Positions 9,282-20,047 of a DNA stretch of 64,000 bases are shown piece by piece (within the stretch, counting starts at the first letter, position 1; each line of letters begins with the position of its first letter). The notes beneath the pieces were generated by a model. It saw only the letters and a program-made list of their open reading frames with translations. It was not told where the DNA came from and did not search any database. Location: assembly GCA_963422645.2 (NCBI GenBank), contig CAXXVO010000008.1:160001-224000 (forward strand), in the 5' to 3' direction. Both the position numbers and the translations under genes were made by a program. The DNA comes from Alphaproteobacteria bacterium. Its GTDB lineage: Bacteria; Pseudomonadota; Alphaproteobacteria; UBA828.

Positions 9282-10160
9282 GCCCGCTTTCCCCAACGCG
9301 CCCTCAACGATCCAGGTTGATCAGAGAATATCGGCAAAGCCGCCGGCAGGGACCTCCCCGCGGAAAGCCCGGAGCCGTAGAACCGTCGACGCCCCAGGCA
9401 TCATGCACGTCGTCACGACCCCTCTCCCTCGCCAATCCGCCCGGCAATCATCCCCCGACAATCATCCATCTAACGCGTTGCGTCTCTGCCCGCCTGCGGC
9501 GGTTCCGGCAGGCAGGACATCCGACGACAATATCTGCCACCACGTCGCAACAGTACGCAAGGGTCAAGGCTCACGGCAAATTCGTTCTCGGCGCTGAGAT
9601 CGAAGCCCCATCCGTGTACTGCATTGATCCAACAGCAGCTTTCGGACGAGCGCGTCGGTTTTGAAGAGAAGATGACGTTCACGGTAATCGGTTGATTTTA
9701 TGATGATTTCTCGAATGAATAAATCAGCCCTGGGTCAAGGCTGCAGGCACGCTCTACGGTGAGCGTGCGCAATGCAGAGACCCGGTGCCGCAACGCCCGC
9801 GCCAGGTCCAAGTGTCGATGACTGTCCAAGACGCGCATGTTCTGAGATCCGCACATGAGCTTCTTGACGTTACAGCAGCCGGGAAAGTTCACAGCGCAAC
9901 TGTCGGTTGCGGGTTAGTAAGGTAATCTTCGCATGCCTTTCAGTAAGTACGGGATTCCGCTCTACGTCAGCCGCACGCGTATGTGCGCAGAATCTGTCTA
10001 AGTAGCTTTATGAATACCGCTTTCCCTTGTCCCCACGAGCGCTTTCCGTATTGCATTCCCTACTGCCATGCGCTTCAATACGCACCGGTTCGATGTCAGT
10101 CGCTTGCTTGGTGCTTACGAATGCGGCCCGGCCGACAAGACGTCGAAAATTCGCCACCCC

Positions 10161-11396
10161 ATGCCCAGACGATCCGAACTCAGACTCTCCAAGCGCACAA
10201 TCGACGCCCTCCCCGCCGCGGGCGGAGACGCCGTCTTCTGGGACCGCGACCTGCCGGGCTTCGGCATCCGCGTCCATCCCTCCGGCCGCAAGGTCTATCT
10301 CGTCCAGACCAGAGGGCCGAAGGGCTCGAAGCGTGTCTCCCTCGGCCGTCACGGAGACCTCGCTCCGCAGCAGGCCCGCAAGCAGGCCGCCGAGGTCATC
10401 GACCGCATCAAGCGCGGCGAGGAGCCGCTCCCGGCGCCGCCGAAGGCCGAGCCCACAGTGGCCGACCTGGCCGAGCGCTACCTGAGCGCGCATGTCGCGG
10501 TGAACTGCAAGCCCGCGACAGCCGCCGGCTACCGCCGCACCCTGAGCCTGCACATCCTCCCCGAGCTCGGCGCGATGCCCATCGTCTCGGTGGAGCGCAA
10601 GCATGTCGCCGACCTGCACTACAAGATGCGCGACACCCCCACCGAGGCGAACGCCTCGGCGAAGATCCTGTCCAGGATGTATTCCCTGGCCGCAAGCTGG
10701 GGCTTCGAGACGGGCGGCAGGAACCCCTGCCGTTTCGTGCGCGGCTATCGGGAGCGCAGGCGCGAGCGGTTCCTGACGCGCGACGAGTACCGCCGGCTGG
10801 GCGACGCCCTGGAGGAGGCGGAGGCCAAGGGGAGGATGTCGGTTTACACGGTGGCCGCCTTCCGCGTGCTGATGCTGACGGGCTGCCGGCGCAACGAGGT
10901 TCTCGAGTTGAAGTGGGACGACGTTGGCCGGACCATGGGGGAGTTGCGGCTGCGCGACACCAAGACGGGGCCGCGCTGGGTGCCGCTGACGCCGGAGGTG
11001 ACGGGCATTCTGGATGCGCTTCCGCGGGTTGACGGCAACCCCTGGGTGTTCCCGGGCCGCGGCCGGGACGGCCGTCTGGTCAACATCAACCAGCAGTGGG
11101 GCACCCTGCGTTCGCGCGCGGCTCTCAAGGACGTGCGCATCCACGACCTGCGGCATTCGTTCGCCTCGCGCGCGCTTGCGCTGGGCGAGAGCCTGACCAC
11201 GATTGGCGGCCTGCTGGGTCACACGAAGGTGCAGACCACCGCACGGTATGCGCACCTGGCGCGTGACACCGAGATTGCGTCGACGGCGAGGGTCGGGGCG
11301 AGCATCGGCGCCCACATCATGCCGGATGGGACGGATCCCGAACAAGCGCGGCGACCGGCGGAGATCGGAGAGGAGGGTCGGCGATGGCGAAGCTGA
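10161..11396 (+). CDS. Tyrosine recombinase/integrase with N-terminal arm-binding (DUF4102-like) domain, copy 1
   Basis: VFWDRDLPGFGIRV arm domain; catalytic LTGCRRNE, HDLRHS, LLGH, TARYAH. Confidence 0.93.
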   Translation: MPRRSELRLSKRTIDALPAAGGDAVFWDRDLPGFGIRVHPSGRKVYLVQTRGPKGSKRVSLGRHGDLAPQQARKQAAEVIDRIKRGEEPLPAPPKAEPTVADLAERYLSAHVAVNCKPATAAGYRRTLSLHILPELGAMPIVSVERKHVADLHYKMRDTPTEANASAKILSRMYSLAASWGFETGGRNPCRFVRGYRERRRERFLTRDEYRRLGDALEEAEAKGRMSVYTVAAFRVLMLTGCRRNEVLELKWDDVGRTMGELRLRDTKTGPRWVPLTPEVTGILDALPRVDGNPWVFPGRGRDGRLVNINQQWGTLRSRAALKDVRIHDLRHSFASRALALGESLTTIGGLLGHTKVQTTARYAHLARDTEIASTARVGASIGAHIMPDGTDPEQARRPAEIGEEGRRWRS

Positions 11397-12586
11397 AGCG
11401 GCGGTCGATCTCGCGGCGCACGGTGGAGGCGCTGTCGGCAGACAAGGACACGGTGTTCTGGGACCGGGAGCTGACCGGCTTCGGGGTGAGGGTGTATCCG
11501 TCGGGTGCGAAGTACTACATCGTGCAGGTGCGCGGTCCGGCGGGGTCGAAGCGGGTGACGGTGGGCCGCCACGGTGTGCTGACGGCGGACCGGGCGCGCC
11601 GACGGGCGGCGCTGATCATCGCCCGCATCAAGGCGGGCGAGGACCCGATTGCGGCGCCGCTGGCGCCGCCGTCCCCGGAAGGCCCGACGGTAGCCGGGAT
11701 CGCGGCGCGGTACCTGGAGGAGCACGTCGCGGTGCGCTGCAAGCCGAGCACGGCGAGCTACTACCGGCGCAAGATCGAGCGCCACATCCTGCCGGCGTTC
11801 GGCGACCTGCCGCTGTCTGCGGTGGGACGCGAGCAGGTGGCGGAGATTCACTACGGGCTCCGCGACAGGCCGGTGCTGGCGAACCACGTTGTCGAGATCC
11901 TGTCGCGCCTGTTCACGATGGCGGAGTACTGGGGCCTTGCGCCGGAGGGCGGCAACCCTTGCCGCTTCGTGACCCGCTACCGGGTGCGCAGGCGCGAGCG
12001 ATTTCTGACGGAGGAGGAGTTCACGCGGCTGGGCCGGGTTCTCGCCGAGGCGGAGACGGAGGGTCGGGTGATGCCCAGAACGGTGGCCGCCATCCGCCTG
12101 CTGATGCTGACCGGGTGCCGACGCAGCGAGATCCTGGAGCTTCAGTGGGACGACGTCGACCTGGAGCGGCGCCAGTTGAGGCTGCGCGACAGCAAGACGG
12201 GCCCGCCGCGGACGGTGCCGCTGAATCCGGCTGCGGTAGAGGTGCTCTCGGGTCTTCGTCGGGTGCCGGACAATCCCTGGGTGTTGCCCGGCAGGGAGCC
12301 GGGCAGACGCATCGCGAGCCTCAACGCGCCCTGGCTGCGGCTTCGGGCGCGCGCCGGATTGAACGACGTGCGGCTTCATGACTTGCGGCATTCGTTCGCC
12401 TCGCGTGCGTTGGCGCTGGGGGAGAGCCTTCCGATGATCGCGCGGCTATTGGGCCACGCAGAGGTGCAGACGACGGCGCGGTACGCTCACCTGACACGGG
12501 AAGCGATGAACGCGTCGGCAGCGCGGATCGCGGCCAGCATCGGCGAGGACATCCTTCGCGGCAGCGGCAGGCCCTCGTCCCCTTGA
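11384..12586 (+). CDS. Tyrosine recombinase/integrase with arm-binding domain, copy 2 (tandem paralog)
   Basis: VFWDRELTGFGVRV; LTGCRRSE, HDLRHS, LLGH, TARYAH. Overlaps copy 1 by 13 bp; RBS GAGGAGG. Confidence 0.93.
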   Translation: MAKLKRRSISRRTVEALSADKDTVFWDRELTGFGVRVYPSGAKYYIVQVRGPAGSKRVTVGRHGVLTADRARRRAALIIARIKAGEDPIAAPLAPPSPEGPTVAGIAARYLEEHVAVRCKPSTASYYRRKIERHILPAFGDLPLSAVGREQVAEIHYGLRDRPVLANHVVEILSRLFTMAEYWGLAPEGGNPCRFVTRYRVRRRERFLTEEEFTRLGRVLAEAETEGRVMPRTVAAIRLLMLTGCRRSEILELQWDDVDLERRQLRLRDSKTGPPRTVPLNPAAVEVLSGLRRVPDNPWVLPGREPGRRIASLNAPWLRLRARAGLNDVRLHDLRHSFASRALALGESLPMIARLLGHAEVQTTARYAHLTREAMNASAARIAASIGEDILRGSGRPSSP

Positions 12587-12633
12587 GAAACGGTGATCCA
12601 GGGGTCTCGCGCCGCCGCAGTCAGGACCCGCAG

Positions 12634-14862
12634 TCAGGACGCCCGCCGCGCATCGACGGGCTGCAATGGACGGCGATGGCCGAGCCATTCGTCGAGCTTC
12701 GACCAGCGCCGCCGTCCCGAGACGTTGCGCACCGCGATGGCCACCGCCTTCTTCTGGCCCACCAGCACCACCAGCTGCTTGCCCCGCGTGACCCCGGTGT
12801 AGAGCAGGTTGCGCCGCAGCATCGCGTAGTGCTGCGTCAGTACCGGGATCACCACGGCCGGATACTCCGAGCCCTGGCTTTTGTGCACGGTCGCGGCGTA
12901 GGCCGGCACCAGCGTGTCGAGCTCGCCGAAGCCGTAGACGATCTCGCGCCCCTCGAAGCGGGCGGTCAGCTCGCCTTCCTCGGGGTCCACATCGGCGACA
13001 TGGCCGATGTCGCCGTTGTAGACCTCCCTGTCGTAGTCGTTCTCGATCTGCATCACCTTGTCGCCGGGCGCGAAGGTCCAGCCGAAGCGCTCGACCCTGC
13101 GCTCACCGGCCGGGTTGAGCGCGGCTTGAAGCTCGATGTTGAGCGAACGTGCGCCCGCCCCGCCCCGGTTCATCGGACACAGCACCTGGATGTCGCGCAC
13201 GGGGTCGAGACCGAAGCGCTTCGGAATGCGCGCCTTCACCAGCTCCACGATCCTGGCGGCCGCGGTCTTCGGATCGTCGGCCGGCACGAAATAGAAGTCG
13301 CTGTCGCCGGCGGGCCGCGAGAGATCGGGGATGGCGCCCCGGTTGATGCCGTGGGCGCCGGTCACGATCCGGCTGCGTGCCGCCTGGCGGAACACCTCGG
13401 TCAGCCGCACTACCGGGACCGCGCCGGAGGCGATGATGTCGGCCAGCACCTGACCCGGTCCCACAGAGGGCAGCTGGTCCACGTCGCCCACGATCAGCAG
13501 CGCGGCGGTGTCGGGCACCGCCGCCGTCAGCGCCCGCATCAGCATGACGTCCACCATCGAGGTCTCGTCGACCACCAGCAGGCCGCAGTCGAGCGGATTG
13601 TCCGCTTCGCGGCGGAAGCCGCCATGCCTGGGATCGACCTCGAGCAGGCGGTGGATGGTCTTCGCCTCCATCCCGGTGGCCTCGCTCATGCGCTTCGCGG
13701 CGCGCCCGGTCGGCGCGCACAGAAGAAGGTCCACGCCCTTGGCGGAGAGGACCCGCAGGATGGCGTCGACGATCGTCGTCTTGCCCACGCCCGGCCCGCC
13801 GGTGACGACCACGGTCTTGGACGTGAGTGCGAGGCGGACCGCGGCGGCCTGACCCGGCGCCAGTGTCAGCCGCGTCTTTCGCTCGACCCAGGGCAGCGCC
13901 TTCTCCACGTCGATACCGGGCCAGGGCAGCTCGCCCGCCGCGATCGCGAGAAGCCGCTCCGCGATCGCCCGCTCCGCCCGGTACAGGCCGCCGAGGAACA
14001 CGCAGGGCGTGCCTGCCACCGTGTCCGCCACCACGGTGCCTTCGGCGAGTTCCAGATCGAGCGCAGTCCGGATCAGCTCGTCAGTCACCTCCAGGAGGCG
14101 GGACGCAAGCGGCCCCAACTCGTCCGCCGGCAGGCCGCAGTGACCCTCGTCCATCGCCTCGGTGAGCGCGTAGGCGATGCCCGCGCGAACGCGGACCATG
14201 GCCGTCTTCTCGATGCCCAGCTTCATCGCGATCGCATCGGCCGTCCTGAACCCGATGCCGCGGATGTCCCGAGCAAGCCGGTACGGGTTCTCCGTCATGA
14301 CCTCCACGGCATCGGCGCCGTAGGTCTTGAATATCCGCACCGCCCGCGCCGTGCCCACGCCGTGGCTGTGCAGGAAGACCATGATCTCGCGGACGACCTT
14401 CTGCTCCGCCCAGGCGTCGGTGATGCGTTTCGCCCGCACCTTGCCGATCCCGGTCACCTCGCGCAGCCGCTCGGGCTCCGCCTCGATCACGTCGAACACC
14501 TTCTCGCCGAAGGCACGCACCAGCTTGCCGGCATAGACCGGGCCGATACCCCGGATCATGCCCGAGCCCACGTACCTCTCGATGCCCTCGACCGAGGACG
14601 GGGCGGACGTGCGCATGAAGCGCGCCTTGAACTGGTGCCCGTGGGTGCGGTCGTTGATCCACTCGCCGGACGCCGTGATCCATTCCCCGGCCCCGACCAT
14701 GGCGGCGTGGCCCACCACCGTGACCAGGTCGCGATGGCCCCGCGCCTTGGTCCGCAGCACGCAGAAGCCGTTCTCGGGGTTGTGGAAGGTGACGCGCTCG
14801 ACCAGCCCGGCCAGGACCTCGCGATCCGAGGACTGCGCTTGCGGCCGGGCGCCCCGCGTCAC
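12634..14862 (-). CDS. RecD2-like ATP-dependent DNA helicase (SF1B)
   Basis: VERVTFHNPENGFCVLR N-terminus, HhH GIGPVYA/GIGKVRA, Walker A TGGPGVGKT, VVDETSM, QLPSVGPG, YAATVHKSQGSEY. GTG start overlaps the upstream stop. Confidence 0.93.
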   Translation of the reverse strand: MTRGARPQAQSSDREVLAGLVERVTFHNPENGFCVLRTKARGHRDLVTVVGHAAMVGAGEWITASGEWINDRTHGHQFKARFMRTSAPSSVEGIERYVGSGMIRGIGPVYAGKLVRAFGEKVFDVIEAEPERLREVTGIGKVRAKRITDAWAEQKVVREIMVFLHSHGVGTARAVRIFKTYGADAVEVMTENPYRLARDIRGIGFRTADAIAMKLGIEKTAMVRVRAGIAYALTEAMDEGHCGLPADELGPLASRLLEVTDELIRTALDLELAEGTVVADTVAGTPCVFLGGLYRAERAIAERLLAIAAGELPWPGIDVEKALPWVERKTRLTLAPGQAAAVRLALTSKTVVVTGGPGVGKTTIVDAILRVLSAKGVDLLLCAPTGRAAKRMSEATGMEAKTIHRLLEVDPRHGGFRREADNPLDCGLLVVDETSMVDVMLMRALTAAVPDTAALLIVGDVDQLPSVGPGQVLADIIASGAVPVVRLTEVFRQAARSRIVTGAHGINRGAIPDLSRPAGDSDFYFVPADDPKTAAARIVELVKARIPKRFGLDPVRDIQVLCPMNRGGAGARSLNIELQAALNPAGERRVERFGWTFAPGDKVMQIENDYDREVYNGDIGHVADVDPEEGELTARFEGREIVYGFGELDTLVPAYAATVHKSQGSEYPAVVIPVLTQHYAMLRRNLLYTGVTRGKQLVVLVGQKKAVAIAVRNVSGRRRWSKLDEWLGHRRPLQPVDARRAS

Positions 14863-15236
14863 GATGTCCCGAGCGCGGGAGCGAACAGCAGCTCCCTGAG
14901 AAGACCCAGCTGCCGCGCCCGTTCGGCGGGCGCCTTCGGATCCTCGATGCTCAACTCGGGGGCTTCCGACGCAGTCTCTTCCCTGTCCCGCAACAGCCGC
15001 TCGAACCGGGTGAAATTGTCCTGCATCTCCTCCGCCGTGAACATGCGCCTCAGCCGCGACACGAAACCCGGCAAAGCCTGCGCGAACTCCGGGCGCTCCG
15101 CAGTCGCCTGCGCGAAGCTCACCAGCTTCTCGCCGACGATGTAGTCGAAGGCGGGCTCGACGCCGAAGCGGTGCATGATGGCCTCGGCGGCCTCGCACTG
15201 CTCCATCCAGACGTCCTGCCAGCGCCGCTCGGTCAT
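14859..15236 (-). CDS. Small hypothetical protein (125 aa) coupled to recD2; paralog of 2871-3145
   Basis: GTGA overlap with recD2; clear similarity to the 2871 ORF. Confidence 0.75.
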   Translation of the reverse strand: MTERRWQDVWMEQCEAAEAIMHRFGVEPAFDYIVGEKLVSFAQATAERPEFAQALPGFVSRLRRMFTAEEMQDNFTRFERLLRDREETASEAPELSIEDPKAPAERARQLGLLRELLFAPALGTS

Positions 15237-15443
15237 GCGCCCGATGCCCTTTCGACGGTGCCGTCCCACGCGGCCCACGGAACGCGGCTTCCGCCTCGAA
15301 AGCCAATCGATTCCCTATTTTGAGGCGTCGCTGCGCTCCCGGCAACGACGTGCCTCGCGCCCTCGCCGCCGGCACGAGAATGACCCTTGTTTCCCATGCC
15401 GCGCATGCCATGATCGACCGGCGGCCCACGGGGGAAACAGCCC

Positions 15444-17033
15444 ATGGCAGGAAGGAGCGCGTTGGTGCTGGAAGACGATCGGCTTCGTTCCCTGCTCAAG
15501 CAACTCGGCAGGGCAGACGGCCCCGACGCCGTGATGCGCCTGGCGCAGGACCGCGGCACTTCGCTCCTGGGGACACCCGGTTCCGCCTCGGCGCTGATTT
15601 CGGGCGGGGAGGCGGACGCAGACGCCCGCCTGACCCTGTTCACGCTGCTGCTCGACCAGGCGCGTATGAACAGGGAGAACCGGGGACGGCTGGGCGCCGG
15701 CTTTCTGTCGGAGGCGGAAGAGGCGATCGCCGCGCTGTGCGGGTCCGGCGGCCTGGATCTTGATACGGGCGTTTCCCTGGCCCGGGCCTACGCCATTGCC
15801 GAGCTGGACGTGCCGCAGGCCCTGGTGTCGGCTCTTATGACGGGCGCGGGGAGCGCAATCGAGGCGGAAGGGCTGCCGGACGACTTCGATGCACGGATCG
15901 ACGATCTCCGCCGCGAGGCGGACGGCGACGACTACATGCTGCACGGCTTTCTGAACGAGCTGCTGAGCGGGATGCCGCCGCCGTTGCGTCCGGTCTTCGT
16001 GCACCAGGTGGCGGGGCGTGACGAGGCGTGGTGCAGCCCCCTTGCGCTCTATTGGCTGCTGGATCCGGCGCCGGAGGTGCGCCGGGCGGCGGCGGAAGGC
16101 CTTGGGGAGCGGGCGGAACGGGGCAGCCTCGATGCTGCGGCCGCCTCGGCTCTGCCGCTGATCCGGACGTGGGTTCCTGCGGACGACGCCCGCGCGGCGT
16201 TGGACGCGGCTCTTCGGGGCGCGCGGCGGCACGAGCTGGCCGGGCCGCTCGAGCGTCCTGCGCTTCGGCCTGTCGGGCTTCTCGGATCGTTGCCGGACGG
16301 CTCGGGCAGCCAGAGCTTCGCGGTCTCGCTCGAGGGCGCGGACGGGCCTGCGGCTGCCCTGGTTCTCCTGAAGATCGGTCATGGGGTGAAGGAGGCCTTC
16401 CTGGTCTGGGGGGAGGAGGCGGGAGCCATGCTGTCGGGCCAGTTGGCTCGGACGTGCAACATGGAGCTGGCTTTGGAGGCGCTGGAGCCTGCGCTTTCGG
16501 CGGCGCTTGCGGAGGGTCTGTCTGCCGGGAAGCCCGGGCCGCCGGGCCTGATCGACGTGGCCCGGGCCTGCGGCCTGGGCACGCTGAAGCCGCAGCCGAT
16601 GACGGCGCAGGACTGGCTCTTGCACGTTGACCCTGCGGGCGAGATCGCGGGCTTGCGGCCTCGCGAGCGTGCGCGGCTGATCGAGCGGAGCGCCGAGTGG
16701 CCCTACGACCACAGTCTGGTGAAGACCTGGTTCGAGGGCACGGCGGTCGTGGACGAGGCAGTGAAGGGGATCGGCGGCCGGCGGCAAGCGAATGCGGCGT
16801 TCCGGGCGGCGCTCGACAAGCGGCGCGGCTACTGGTCGCTTCTCATTGCGCGAGCGGCACACGTGTTGAATGCCGCAACGGGGGAGGGGGACTGGCGGTC
16901 CTTCGCCGCGACGGCGGCATCGTTGATCGACGGCGCGGCACTGCAGACGCTCCCGGTCATGGAGCATGTTCTCGACTCGAGTCTGGCCGCCTGGCGGGCG
17001 GAGGAATACGCTCTGGACGGCAGGGGACGCTGA
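15444..17033 (+). CDS. Hypothetical helical protein (529 aa), paralog of 20164-21381
   Basis: Long ORF in host-like codon style. Shared blocks LALYWLLDPAPEVR vs AALYWLLDRSPEVR and MTAQDWL vs MTAPDWL. Confidence 0.8.
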   Translation: MAGRSALVLEDDRLRSLLKQLGRADGPDAVMRLAQDRGTSLLGTPGSASALISGGEADADARLTLFTLLLDQARMNRENRGRLGAGFLSEAEEAIAALCGSGGLDLDTGVSLARAYAIAELDVPQALVSALMTGAGSAIEAEGLPDDFDARIDDLRREADGDDYMLHGFLNELLSGMPPPLRPVFVHQVAGRDEAWCSPLALYWLLDPAPEVRRAAAEGLGERAERGSLDAAAASALPLIRTWVPADDARAALDAALRGARRHELAGPLERPALRPVGLLGSLPDGSGSQSFAVSLEGADGPAAALVLLKIGHGVKEAFLVWGEEAGAMLSGQLARTCNMELALEALEPALSAALAEGLSAGKPGPPGLIDVARACGLGTLKPQPMTAQDWLLHVDPAGEIAGLRPRERARLIERSAEWPYDHSLVKTWFEGTAVVDEAVKGIGGRRQANAAFRAALDKRRGYWSLLIARAAHVLNAATGEGDWRSFAATAASLIDGAALQTLPVMEHVLDSSLAAWRAEEYALDGRGR

Positions 17034-17185
17034 CCGGAGCGGGCGGTCCGTTGGCGCGTGGCGAGGCCTGCCGGTTCCTTTCCCGATGCCGGCCGGGCGC
17101 GCGGGACGATCGCACGCGGCCTTGGCAGCGGCTTGCCGGCGTAGTATCCAGCCGCCCTCAGCCACACCGTCGGAGGCTCAAGACA

Positions 17186-17382
17186 TGGCGGCATCCCCTC
17201 CCCGCAAGGCCACCGCGCTCAAGAAGGCGATGACCAAGAGCCAGCTGACCGCGTCGCTGTCCGAATCGACGGGGCTTCCGAAGAAGGACGTCTCGGCGGT
17301 GCTCGACGAACTGGGGCTTCTCATCGAGCGCCACATCAAGAAACGCGCCGTCGGCACCTTCACGCTTCCCGGCCTTCCGTAA
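17186..17382 (+). pseudogene. HU-family DNA-binding protein, C-terminally truncated
   Basis: MTKSQLTASLSESTGLPKKDVSAVLDEL...GTFTLPGL is the HU N-terminal half. A stop follows at once and the beta-arm (NPxTGE) region is absent. Confidence 0.75.
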
Positions 17383-17593
17383 TGGGGCGGTTGATGTCAA
17401 GCACCGATCTGCACGATCTTCCGGCCGAGCACGGTCATTCGAACATGAGGCGTAACTACCCAGGTACCCCAATCCTGAGTTGAGGACGGTGATTATGGCG
17501 GCGGCCGCGGTCTGGTTCTGCCACCGCGATTGGTTCTTGACCTCATAGAGTTGCGGGACTATGGACTGCTCTCTCGCGTGACGGGAGCGGTCC

Positions 17594-17615
17594 ATGGGGT
17601 ATTTCGGCTCGAAGG
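17594..17615 (+). pseudogene. 5' stub (MGYFGSK) of a gene cut by IS21, possibly a D12-class/Dam-like adenine methyltransferase
   Basis: RBS GGGAG at 17583-17587 and ATG at 17594. YxGSK resembles the Dam-family motif X start. Possible promoter TTGACC-N17-TATGGA at 17537-17565. Confidence 0.4.
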
Positions 17616-17817
17616 TGTCAATCGGCTTTCAATACTGACCCCCGATCGGCGTGCAAAATTGACCCCCCTGAGTGGCACGGCGGAGGTTGTCCCGGTAGCC
17701 AATAGGGGGGACCCGCGCGGCTTCGTGTGGCGCCCTGCGCTACGCGGAGCGAAGCCGCGTGGGGGGTCCCTGTTGGCCCACCGGGGCAACCGGGCCGCAA
17801 GGGAGGCCGGCGGCGGG

Positions 17818-18546
17818 TCAGGAGCGGTTCTTGAAGCGCCAGCTCTCGTTGCCGGTCTCGATGATCTCGCAATGATGGGTGAGGCGATCGAGCAGCGCTG
17901 TGGTCATCTTGGGGTCGCCGAAGACGGATGGCCATTCGCCGAAGGCGAGGTTTGTGGTGATGACGATCGAGGTGCGCTCGTAGAGCCGGCTCATCAGATG
18001 GAAGAGCAGCTGCCCACCGGCCTGGGCGAAGGGCAGGTAGCCGAGCTCGTCGAGGATGACGAAGTCGCGGCGGACGAGCTGGTCTGCAGTGCGGCCCTGG
18101 CGTCCGGCGCGAAGCTCGGCCTCGAGGAGGTTGACCAGGTCGACGACGTTGTAGCACCGGCCGCGCGCGCCCTTGCGGATGCAGGACCGCGCGATGGCGA
18201 CGGCGAGATGGGTCTTGCCGGTACCGGTGCCGCCGACCAGCACGATGTTGCGTTTGCCCTCGAGGAAGCCGCCGCCGGCGAGCTCCTGGATCAGGGGCTC
18301 GTTGACCGGCGAGGCGGCGAAGTCGAAGTCGGCCAGCTCCTTGACCGTCGGCAGCTTGGCGGAGGCCATCTGGTACTTGATCGAGCGGGCCCTCTTGTCG
18401 GCGATCTCGACCTGCAGCAGCGTACCGATGATCTGTTGCACCGGATGGCGGCGCTTGAGCCCGTCGGCAAGGATGTCGTCGTAAGCGGCGCGCATACCTG
18501 CGAGCTTCAGCTGGGTCATCATCTCCAGCACATCATGACGCTCCAT
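17818..18546 (-). CDS. istB: IS21 helper ATPase IstB
   Basis: [42 protein letters not shown]. Confidence 0.96.
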   Translation of the reverse strand: MERHDVLEMMTQLKLAGMRAAYDDILADGLKRRHPVQQIIGTLLQVEIADKRARSIKYQMASAKLPTVKELADFDFAASPVNEPLIQELAGGGFLEGKRNIVLVGGTGTGKTHLAVAIARSCIRKGARGRCYNVVDLVNLLEAELRAGRQGRTADQLVRRDFVILDELGYLPFAQAGGQLLFHLMSRLYERTSIVITTNLAFGEWPSVFGDPKMTTALLDRLTHHCEIIETGNESWRFKNRS

Positions 18547-20047
18547 GACCGGCCTCCCTCAGGCTGTCGTAGCGCTGACAGTCGGCTACCGGCTTGTGGC
18601 GAAGCTGCAGGCCCTCGGGCGTCGGGATGATTGCCGGCGGTGCCGGCTGGCGCTGCCGGGCGAGGATGTTGAGCACCACGTCGGCGCTGCAGGCACCGCA
18701 GTCGAGCGTCTCGGCACAGGCCGCCTCAACCGCCTCCAGTCCGTCCTCCAGCACCGCCGCGAGCACCTTGACGAACTGCCGGTCGCCGTCGTCGTGGCCC
18801 GCGAGCCGGGTTCGCAGGCGGCCGAGCGCGTTGGGCAACTGCCAGTCCTTGAAGGGCGCGCCATTGCGTAGCGCGCCGGGCTTCCGCGTCAGGATCGGCA
18901 CGTAATGCCACGGATCGTAGACGAACCGGCCGCGCCCGAAGCTGCGGGGGTGCTCGGCAACGGTCTCGCCGTCCTGGCGGATGACGATCCGATCGGCATA
19001 GGCCCGCACGTCCACCGGCCGGCCGACGGCGCGGGCCGCGACGCTGTACTGGTTGTTGTCGAAGCGCACCAGACAGGTCTTCGAGACCGACACCTCGCTG
19101 GCATGGAAGCCGTCGAAGGGGCCGCGATACGCCATCAGGAAGGGCTGCTCCTCCTCGAACACCTGCCACACCGTCTTGCCCGGGATTGTCGGATGCGGAT
19201 GCTTCTTGGCGTCCTCGATGCACCGATCCATCAGCCACTCGTTGATCTCGGCGTAGGAGCGGCCCCGCGGGATGGGCACGAACAGGCGGCCGCGAAGGTC
19301 ACCCACCTGCTTCTCGACCTGCCCCTTCTCCCAGCCAGCCCCTGGCGTGCACGCCACAGGCTCCACCAGATGGTGCGAGCACAGCTCCTGGAAGCGGCGG
19401 TTGTAGTCCCGCTTCTTGCCCACGAAGATCGTGCTCACCGCCGTCTTCATGTTGTCGTAGATGCCCCGCCGGCAGACCCCGCCGAAGAAGCGGAAGGCAC
19501 GCTCGTGCGCCTCGAAGACCATCTCCTGGCTCTCGCGGGGAAAGATCTGGACCAGATACATCCGGCTGTGGCACAGCCGCATGTGCGCCGCCTTCACCCT
19601 GGTCGTCGCGCCCGACAGACGCGCGTACTCGTGGCTCCAGTCGAACTGGTAGGCCTCGCCGGGATCGAAGATCAGCGGCACATAGGCCTGCGCCGGCGAC
19701 AACAGCCGCCACCGGCGCCGCCAGGCCCTGGCATAGCGGCGAACCGCGTCATAGCCGCCCTTGTAGCCCAGCGACACAAGGTCTTCATGAATCCGCAGAA
19801 GAGACAGCCGATCCTTGCGTGCCTTCTTCTCGTTGGCCTTCAGCTGGCGCTCAAGCTCCTCCACCCACAGCCCAAGCTTCGGCATCGGCTGGATCTTGCG
19901 CTCGTAGCTGTGCGAGGTCGCATCGCCCCGCACCACCTTGCGTATCGTGTTCTTGGAAACCCTCAAATCCCGGGCGAGCTTCTTGATCGGAACGCCCTTC
20001 ACCAGATGATCCCGACGGATCTTCGCGATCGTTTCCACAACCAGCAT
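18533..20047 (-). CDS. istA: IS21 DDE transposase IstA
   Basis: N-terminal [38 protein letters not shown]. Confidence 0.96.
   Translation of the reverse strand: MLVVETIAKIRRDHLVKGVPIKKLARDLRVSKNTIRKVVRGDATSHSYERKIQPMPKLGLWVEELERQLKANEKKARKDRLSLLRIHEDLVSLGYKGGYDAVRRYARAWRRRWRLLSPAQAYVPLIFDPGEAYQFDWSHEYARLSGATTRVKAAHMRLCHSRMYLVQIFPRESQEMVFEAHERAFRFFGGVCRRGIYDNMKTAVSTIFVGKKRDYNRRFQELCSHHLVEPVACTPGAGWEKGQVEKQVGDLRGRLFVPIPRGRSYAEINEWLMDRCIEDAKKHPHPTIPGKTVWQVFEEEQPFLMAYRGPFDGFHASEVSVSKTCLVRFDNNQYSVAARAVGRPVDVRAYADRIVIRQDGETVAEHPRSFGRGRFVYDPWHYVPILTRKPGALRNGAPFKDWQLPNALGRLRTRLAGHDDGDRQFVKVLAAVLEDGLEAVEAACAETLDCGACSADVVLNILARQRQPAPPAIIPTPEGLQLRHKPVADCQRYDSLREAGHGAS

Noticed and set aside
12634-15429. 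931-aa extended RecD2 and other over-long track starts (terL 25004, gpF 26902, rsmH 38310, ftsW 46466, ftsA 52858, ftsZ 54378)
   Set aside because: The extensions overlap upstream genes in other frames; starts were reassigned using stop/start overlaps, RBSs and family N-termini.
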